A stretch of 64,000 nucleotides of DNA from Eledone cirrhosa (lineage: Eukaryota): positions 129,394,001-129,458,000 of the forward strand of contig OZ024745.1 in the NCBI GenBank assembly GCA_964016885.1, given 5' to 3'. Position 1 is the stretch's first letter. Each line of letters starts with the position of its first letter. Positions 56,271 through 64,000 of the stretch are shown one piece after another. Under the pieces are notes generated by a model. The model was given only the letters and a program-made list of their open reading frames with translations. It did no database searches and was not told the origin of the DNA. Made by a program: the position numbers and the translations under genes.

Positions 56271-56570
56271 GGCTGCCTCAGCTGAAATCAACTCAACAAT
56301 TGATCTCCACGTGGGTCTGTCATTCATTGCCGTTGTCAAGTCCTGGATTTCAATAGCAGAATCTTTGGAGATGACATCGAGATAGGAGAGCTTGTGCCCC
56401 CTATTATTAGTGACAGCTTGTGGTTTCTAAAGCACTAATTGGAACACAGCCTCATATGTGGCACGATGGCAGTGGCCAGCAAATCTTATTCTCCTTTTAC
56501 GTACAACGACAGTTATGCGTGGGGGTCCAGTATATATCTCTCTCAAAGTCAAATGTCGCCAGCTTATGTT
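56240..56570 (-). pseudogene. RTE-like LINE 3' end with (GAT)n tail
   Basis: RKRRIRFAGHCHRA..AMNDRPTWRSIV followed by (GAT)n. Confidence 0.7.
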
Positions 56571-57244
56571 CAGATATATAGATAGCAAATTCTCTATTTG
56601 CAAGATTTGCAAAATGATCGGTAAGTCCTGGATAATTGTTTTAATTCTCAATAAACCAATAGGATATCTTACATAATTCCTTATTGTTGACATCCACTTC
56701 CAAATGGCTGTCCACTACAAATGCCTGATCACCAGAGTGAAGAGAGAAATATATATTTGAAGTGTTTTAAAACGACGAATATAAATATCACATTGATATG
56801 GACATGACGTTTTATTTAGTAGACATCACTTCAAAACTTCTTCAAAATGATGGAGCAAGAGAAAGGATGGGGAAGGGAGTGAGGGGGAGAATGAATGTAA
56901 GAATAAAACAACTAAAGAAGCAGTGACGTCACAAACTTGGCAAGGTATTCCAAGCGTTGTTTCTCCTTGATTAAATTTAGTTCCCACTTTCATCCACGAA
57001 ACGTTTCACTCTTCATTCTCTCTTTCTGTCTTTCTTCCTCTATCTCTCACATGTTTACTTTGCTTCTTGCTCTTTCTTTGTTACAAACAGAAAAGACAAC
57101 TGCACGTTCGCACGTACACACAGATACACACTCAAACACACATATACAAACACACACACACATATATATATAGATATAAACACATTGATATGACTGTGTA
57201 TGTGTGTGTATATCTATCTATTCACTTCTCTCTCTGTCTGTATG

Positions 57245-57286
<42 letters not shown>

Positions 57287-57338
57287 TATGTACGTATTTA
57301 TAGAGACAGAGGGACGTGGATAACTAGATACGCGTGCG

Positions 57339-57401
<63 letters not shown>

Positions 57402-57476
57402 GTGCACACATGTGTGTCTGTGCCTGTGTTTGTGTGGATGTAATACATGTCTGTGTATTTGTTTATGTATACGTAA

Positions 57477-57887
57477 TGATTGTTTCTATTTTGGGCACAA
57501 GGCCAGCAAATACCCCAGTACATTACTGGTACTTTATTTTATCGACCCCGTAAGGATGAAAGGCAAAGTTAACCTCGGCGGGATTTGAACTCAGATCATA
57601 AAGGGCCGTAACTCTATACTGCAAAGCATGACGCCTTACCCTCTACCGATACTGCCAATCTACGTAATAATTGTTTTTTTATATAGGCACAATGCCAGCA
57701 ATTTTGGCGGAGGGGAAAGTCGATTAAATCGATCCCAGTTTGTGACTGGTGCTTTATTTTATCGACCTCCCTAAGGATGAAAGGCAAAGTTAACCTCGGC
57801 GGGATTTGAGCTCAGATTATAAAGGACCGTACTCTATGCTGCAAAGCATGGCGTCCGGCCCTCTACCGATACTGCCCATCCACCGCC
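57477..57887 (-). mobile_element. Two tandem Nin-domain SINEs (young type and long-tail type)
   Basis: 57477-57660 and 57668-57887; the second retains the GATCGATTTAATCGACTTTCCCC segment. Confidence 0.85.
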
Positions 57888-58569
57888 AATCTACGTAATA
57901 ATTCTAATGTTTGAGTGCATATATGATAATATTTATGGCTTATTCTTCTAAAGTAGACATAAATAAATAACGATTGCTCATACAATTAAATCCATGAATT
58001 ACAATCAATTTAATACACTACAAACATTAGAAACAAATCTACACCATTGCTGCACATTAATTAGTGTGTAATATGTTTGTCTGAAAACTAGGAAACTGGC
58101 AATCATAACACCTAGAACTTCAATCTCTTTCTACATATCCAATTCGCCAATCCCCAAATGTAATTCAAGGTTTGAAAAATATAATATTAACAGAGCAGTT
58201 CTATTTGAAGTGAGTTAAGATGTTTTCAATGCATCTCTTGGGATTCTGTTGCGCTACGAAATTCTTGTGAAAACGTTGTTTTTCTATCGAGTGCATATAA
58301 CATACCTCACGAAATATGTCAAGTTAATTATTGCATTTCTGGGAAGCTGGAATTATGAATACTTGCCATGCGGTGATATGCAGGGTGTCCCCATAATATT
58401 GACATCGTTTAAGATGGGAATATCTGAGTAATTACATGTACTCGGCAAACGAAATTAAATAGGCTTCGTGTTGAACAAGATGTATTTGTCAACATTCGAA
58501 ACAAATTTTAAAGGATTTAGATTTTATAAAGGATTTCACAAAGCTTCACAAATGTTCAACCTGTGCATA

Positions 58570-59058
58570 ATCAGGTCATCCGCGATTAAACCGGCAACCT
58601 CACTAAGCTTGCCTTTTGAGGAAGGTGATTTGCGACACCCTATGGGATGAAAAACATAACCCGTTAAAGGAACTCAGGAGAATCAACGGCCATCCAATGA
58701 AGTTTTTTTTTTTTTGTGGAGCGAGTGAACTCCTATTCTTCATTAAGATATCTCTCTAGGAGAAGGTTAGACTGATATAAAAGCTGCCACTTCGTTTACA
58801 TCCAATGATGTAGACCAGTTCTTCCTTTTGGGAAAATACATTCGATGTTCAGAGAGTGGGACTGGCCTCGCGCAAAGCCTTTCCTCACATAAAAAAAGCT
58901 TCAAGCACAGGCATCGCTTTGATATATGCCATTTTTTTGCGATGCATGTAATTGCTGGCCATAGGCAGGTCCCTATGAGGACTAAAATTCGTGGTCCGTG
59001 ATGCTCATGCTTAAGTATCAAGCGATTACTCGAAATCAAGTTGCAGCCATCACGTATG

Positions 59059-59090
<32 letters not shown>

Positions 59091-59544
59091 GGCAAAGGAC
59101 CTCTTAAGAGTCAATAGCCATCCAAAATCACCGGGAGAGATGACCCCTTAGCCTTTGTCAAGGCAGAATTCTAGGAGAAGGAAAACTCTGATATAACACC
59201 TGCAACCCTGATGGTATCCAATGATGTTGAATTGTTCTTCTTTTTGGTAAATATCATCTTGGTTAAGAGAGTGGGACTGGCTTTGTGCAGTGCCTTTGCT
59301 CACTATAAAAGCTTCACAGCACAGGCATTGCTTTATATCTGGAGATCTCTCTGCACTTGTCGTCACATGGTACCATAGGCCCAGCACTATGTGTCAATAA
59401 TTGTCACAAGTGTAGTGTTTGTACCAGAGTTTTCAAGTCACTGGCTGGACTAAAAAGTCACACTCGTTCAGCGCATCGGTAGGGGTTCTCCTACATGGAT
59501 ATAAAGTAGTGGCCGTACTCGAAAACGAGTTGGCAGCCACCATG
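58570..59544 (+). mobile_element. Diverged (58570-59053) and young (59088-59544) copies of the RTE-derived element in tandem
   Basis: Shared TCCAATGATGT..GAGAGTGGGACTGGC..CACAGGCAT and CTCGAAA..GTTG(G)CAGCCA-(TATG)n ends. Confidence 0.7.
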
Positions 59545-59649
59545 TATGTATGTATGTATCTATGTATGTATGTATGTATGTATGTATGTATGTATGTACG
59601 TATGTATGTATATATGAATGTATGTATATGTATTTATATGTGTATTATG

Positions 59650-59712
<63 letters not shown>

Positions 59713-59886
59713 GAGAGAGAGAGAGAGATAAATATACACGGGTGTGTATGATTGTGTATAGAAGATTATATTAATAAAAGGAATTCCAACTTTGTCTGAT
59801 TTACTCATTTTATTTACAATCCTTTAAAATTTATAATGGTATTAGAATGTAATAGTATGGTAGGATATTAAATGTTAAGTCTTAAT

Positions 59887-59924
59887 TGAACAAGTACTTT
59901 CATGCTTTCGCAATCTTCAGGTTC
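59887..59924 (-). ncRNA. Minimal hammerhead motif (left arm)
   Basis: Minus strand: GAAC CTGAAGA TTGC GAAA GCATGAAAGTAC TT GTTC. Confidence 0.55.
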
Positions 59925-59997
59925 TGATTCTGTACTGACAGTCAAGTTTGCGATTTTCACAGTTGAAAATTGCAAACTTGACTGTCACGACAGAATA

Positions 59998-60036
59998 TGA
60001 ACCTGAAGATTGCGAAAGCATGACAGTACTTGTTCA
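59998..60036 (+). ncRNA. Minimal hammerhead motif lacking helix II (right arm)
   Basis: TGAAC CTGAAGA TTGC GAAA GCATGACAGTAC TT GTTCA. Confidence 0.58.
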
Positions 60037-60148
60037 ATTAACACTTACCATTTAATATTCTACCATATTATTTCATTCTAATACCATTATAAATTGTAAA
60101 GGATTGTAAATAAAACGAGTAAATCAGACAAAGTTGGAATTCCTTTTA

Positions 60149-60236
<88 letters not shown>

Positions 60237-60601
60237 TGTAGGTGTATGGTGTATATCAAGAGTTGAGAGACAGTTAACAGCTGGTTTCGCCGAGGTGGAG
60301 GTTGTCAACTTTTCATTTAATTATTTTCTAGTTTACGTCCGTCACATTTAGCTATTCTCCTTTGCATTACTTTCTCTGTCAACCTGCTACCACTGTCCAC
60401 GCCTCTCTCCTCCTCTCTCACTCTCTTTCTTACTCCCCCTCTCTCTCTCGCTTTCTCTCTCTCTCCCTCTCTCTTTCTCTCTCTGTGTCTCTGTCATACT
60501 CTGTCTCTCTCTCTCTCTCTCTCTCTCAGTCATACTCTGTCTCTCTCTCTCTCTTATTCTCTCTTTCTCTCTCTGTGCCTCTGTCTCTCTGTCTCTGTCT
60601 T

Positions 60602-60678
<77 letters not shown>

Positions 60679-60899
60679 GCCTCTCTCTCTCTCTTTCTCT
60701 GTGTCTGTGTCTCTCACATAATCTCTTGTAACCTGTTGGTAATATTTCTTTCTCCGCCCCCCTCCTTGCCCTTCCATAACTGCTACGGCAGCTGTCTTCA
60801 CCTAAATCTTATCATCATAACACACATCAACCTCCAATGTCAGCATCATACGCACACCAACACCTGTAACAAACATCATGCCCATTGCCTCTATTGATA

Positions 60900-61565
60900 T
60901 CATCACTCACACCATCACTCACACCAACACCACCACCAACATCACTCACACCATCATCACCTCCAACACCACCACCAACATCACTCACACCATCATCACC
61001 TCCAACATCACTCACACCATCACTCACACCAACACCACCACCAACATCACTCACACCATCACCACCACCGACATCACTCACACCATCACCACCAACACCA
61101 CCACCAACATCACTCACACCATCACCACCACCAACATCACTCACACCATCACCACCACCGACATCACTCACACCATCACCACCACCACCGACATCACTCA
61201 CACCATCACCACCACCAACATCACTCACACCATCACCACCACCGACATCACTCACACCATCACCACCAACACCACCACCAACATCACTCACACCAACACC
61301 ACCACCAACATCACTCACACCATCACCACCACCGACATCACTCACACCATCACCACCACCGACATCACTCACACCATCACCACCAACACCACCACCATCA
61401 TCACTCACACCATCATCACCACCAACACCACCACCACCAACATCACTCACACCATCATCACCACCAACACCAACACCACTCACACCATCATCACCACCAA
61501 CACCACTCACACCAACGTCATTCACACCATCATCACCACCAACACCACTATCACCACCACCACCC
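60900..61565. repeat. CAC/CAT-rich minisatellite (~21-39 bp units, all multiples of 3)
   Basis: ACATCACTCACACCATCACCACCACC repeated more than 20 times. Confidence 0.92.
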
Positions 61566-61712
61566 AGGGCCGTCTTAACGCATGGGCACGCTGGGCAATT
61601 ACCCGGGGGCCCCACGAGGATAGGGACCCCATGATAATCTATGTATGTAGCGACTTGCTGTCAATTGATAAATACTATATTATACAGGGGGCCTATAATG
61701 CTTTTAAGAGGT
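61566..61712. mobile_element. DNA-transposon-type MITE remnant
   Basis: Starts CAGGGCCGTCTTAA with GGGGCCCC boxes; degenerate right end TTAAGAGG. Confidence 0.4.
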
Positions 61713-61927
61713 ACCAACCACCACCACCACCACCACCAACAACACCACCACCACCACCATCATTCACACCACCACCATCATCATCATCATCTACATACCT
61801 ACCGCCATTACCAGCAGTAGTAGTTGCAGCAGCAACAGTAGCGGTAGTAGTATTGAACCACTAACTCTACTTCCATTCTTCACACATAAACCAAAATCTA
61901 CCATCTTTACTTACACACTACATGTAA

Positions 61928-62305
61928 TAATTGTTTCTACTTTTGGCACAAGGACAGCAATTAACCAGTACATTACTGGTACTTTATTTTATCGACCTCG
62001 TAAGGATGAAAGGCAAAGTTAACCTCAGCGGGATTTGAACTCAGAACGCAAAAGGCCATAACTCTATGCTGCAAAGCATGGTTTCTGACGCTCTACCGAT
62101 ACTGCCAATTCACCCCATGTCATAATTGTTTATACTATTGGCACAAGGCCAGCAATTATTCCAGTACATTACTGGTACTTTATTTTATCGTCCCTGTAAG
62201 GATGAAAGGCAAAGTTAACCTCGGCGGGATTTGAACTCAGACCATAAAGGGGCATAACTCTATACTGGAAAGCATGGCGTCGATCCTCTACCGATACTGC
62301 CAATG
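61928..62305 (-). mobile_element. Two tandem Nin-domain SINEs
   Basis: 61928-62115 and 62123-62305 both match the consensus. Confidence 0.85.
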
Positions 62306-62920
62306 AAATATACTATACATATTTCAATTTTCTTGTATAAATTAAATAATTTCACCAGGTATTTAATGTCTTTTATTTTGATTAAGGCTTCGATGTTGAT
62401 CATGCTTTAAATTTCATTCCACATTTAAGGTTTGTTGAAAGCGAAACTCTGCAAGTTGTTTAATTATTTCAGCGGTTTCCTACCAAAAGCTGAGGTCGTT
62501 TAAAAGCATAATTCAAGAACAAATAATCGTGTCTACTAGATATAATGTCGTTGTACTCATAGAACACCCACAGTTGTTGACAACTAAGACACTTTGTTTG
62601 AGTAATTTATCGCCTGATGAGAAAAAACAAATTTTTATATTTTTATTGTAACAATATTGCCAGAAATAAAAACAGAACACACTTACTGTTTGATTGGTTT
62701 TCGCTTCTGTATCTTTTATATCTCCATAGTTAATTTATTTGGCAATCAATGTTTATCATTGATGGACCATCGGTTAAAAATTCAGATATAAATATATATA
62801 TAGTCTATCAAAAGTTCTTTCGTTGTACATCTTTTATATTTTGACTCAATACCTACATTTTTTAACACCATTTGACTGTTATACCAGCATAATTATTATA
62901 CCGTTGTATTATTTGAATAA

Positions 62921-63092
62921 TACCCTATTTCTCGGCGTCAAAGACGCTACTTCTTTCCTAAATTAAGTCTAAAAAAATCTACCTTGCATCCTGGAGGCCG
63001 AAGGTTGTCTATTATTTTTTTTCAAATTTTTGGTTGTCAAAATTAGGGTGCGTCCTCGACGACGAAGCGTCTTCAGCGTCGGGAAATACGGA
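62921..63092. mobile_element. Tc1/pogo-type MITE
   Basis: Imperfect TIRs TACCCTATTTCTCGGCGTCAAAGACGC ... GCGTCTTCAGCGTCGGGAAATACGG. Confidence 0.55.
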
Positions 63093-63227
63093 AATTATCA
63101 TAATTATAATTAATACCATTAATTGAATATTTCTAGTTATATATGATATAATGTTTTTAGATAGATTTCCTATTCGTTTTCTTGTTTATGTGTATTATCT
63201 ATCCTAATAAAGACACCATTTAATATA

Positions 63228-63571
63228 CTGGCACTAGAGAATGTCACATAACTCGCGGTGATTAAAAACATGTTATAGTAAGTAAATCCTTATTGTAATT
63301 AGTGTTCAGTCCCGTGTCTTATTATTTGTCATTAGCTATATTAATCTAAATGGAAACAGAATTCTTGAAATAGTCTAGTTAAGTAGACAATAGTAATTTC
63401 CTGGCCCTAGAGAATGTCACATATAACACTCCGTGATTAAATATAATTTGTGGTAAGTAAATCCCTATCTTAATTAGTATTCATTCCAGTGCCTTATCAT
63501 TTTCATTGGTTATGCTAATGTAACTGGAAACAGAGTTCTTGAAACAAAGGTAGAATCTAGTTTAGCAGACA
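63228..63571. repeat. Diverged ~173-bp tandem duplication
   Basis: CTGGC.CTAGAGAATGTCACATA..GTAAGTAAATCC..TGGAAACAGA.TTCTTGAAA at 63228 and 63401. Confidence 0.85.
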
Positions 63572-63849
63572 GGTGTTAATTACCCTAAATTGATAGATAA
63601 TTACCGTAAAGTGCAAGCGTTGAATAATAGACGATTAAAAAAATTAGATCAATAAAAATACACTTCTGTCATCAATTTCCCCTCTATATCCCCTCCCCCC
63701 ACAACCATCAACACCATCCCGATTAACTAATACCCCGACCAATACCGCCTCTACTCAACAGTTATCGTAACTGTTAGTATATCACAAATGAGTGAGTGTG
63801 TGAGTATCATCAGATTACATTTCCTCTCACGATCACCACTTTCTCTACA

Positions 63850-64000
63850 TTAACCCTTTAGCATTTAAACCGGCCACAACCAGCCAGAATTCCCTCAGCG
63901 CTTTCTGTTTAAATTGGCTGTAACTAGCCACGCTTGTTTAGGTTAAGGTATTGTCCTCAAAATAAATTATATCAAAATATCATAGATTCAATATTATGTG
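63850..64000 (+). mobile_element. Possible piggyBac-type MITE left end
   Basis: TTAA-CCCTTTAGCATTTAAACCGGCC start (TTAA target followed by CCC terminus). Confidence 0.4.

Larger units (their letters stand above)
59767..60155. repeat. About 390-bp fold-back palindrome carrying two divergent minimal hammerheads
   Basis: Arms of ~190 bp, centre TTTTCA-CAGT-TGAAAA. Confidence 0.92.

Noticed and set aside
60827-61864. Long mucin- or extensin-like ORFs (Thr/His, Pro/Ser, Gly/Asp rich)
   Set aside because: Open in several frames on both strands because the minisatellite units are multiples of 3 and lack stops; they run into a MITE and have no splice context
62612-62670. CTGATGAG followed later by GAAA
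   Set aside because: No helix I, II or III pairing

Overview
AT-rich, microsatellite-saturated, repeat-dominated animal DNA with no recognisable host protein-coding exon and one 200-N assembly gap (43230-43429). The SINE repertoire (a tRNA-derived Nin-domain SINE in about 20 copies, plus a Meta-domain SINE) resembles octopod cephalopod genomes; that assignment is an inference from recalled consensus sequences. Nearly all listed ORFs are microsatellite artefacts. The real coding remnants are transposon-derived: two 5'-truncated Penelope-like elements with RT, a CxCx5C linker and GIY-YIG endonuclease (Naiad-like; 32710-35525 + and 48438-50357 -), a third Penelope 3' end (3421-4690), a CR1-group LINE (51525-53050), and RTE, CRE, Helitron, mariner and MITE fragments. 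The main unexplained-by-ORF signal is RNA-level: reading by eye I find about 19 complete or near-complete type I hammerhead ribozyme (HHR) motifs plus several half-motifs, from roughly ten sequence families. They lie in Penelope pseudo-LTR-like segments embedded in (TA)n arrays. Many occur as fold-back pairs that all share one polarity, several have unusual catalytic cores (U3-A8 swap, U4A, no helix II), two show compensatory base changes, and many are followed by a shared GAGTRCTC octamer. All folding was done by eye and no activity is demonstrated.
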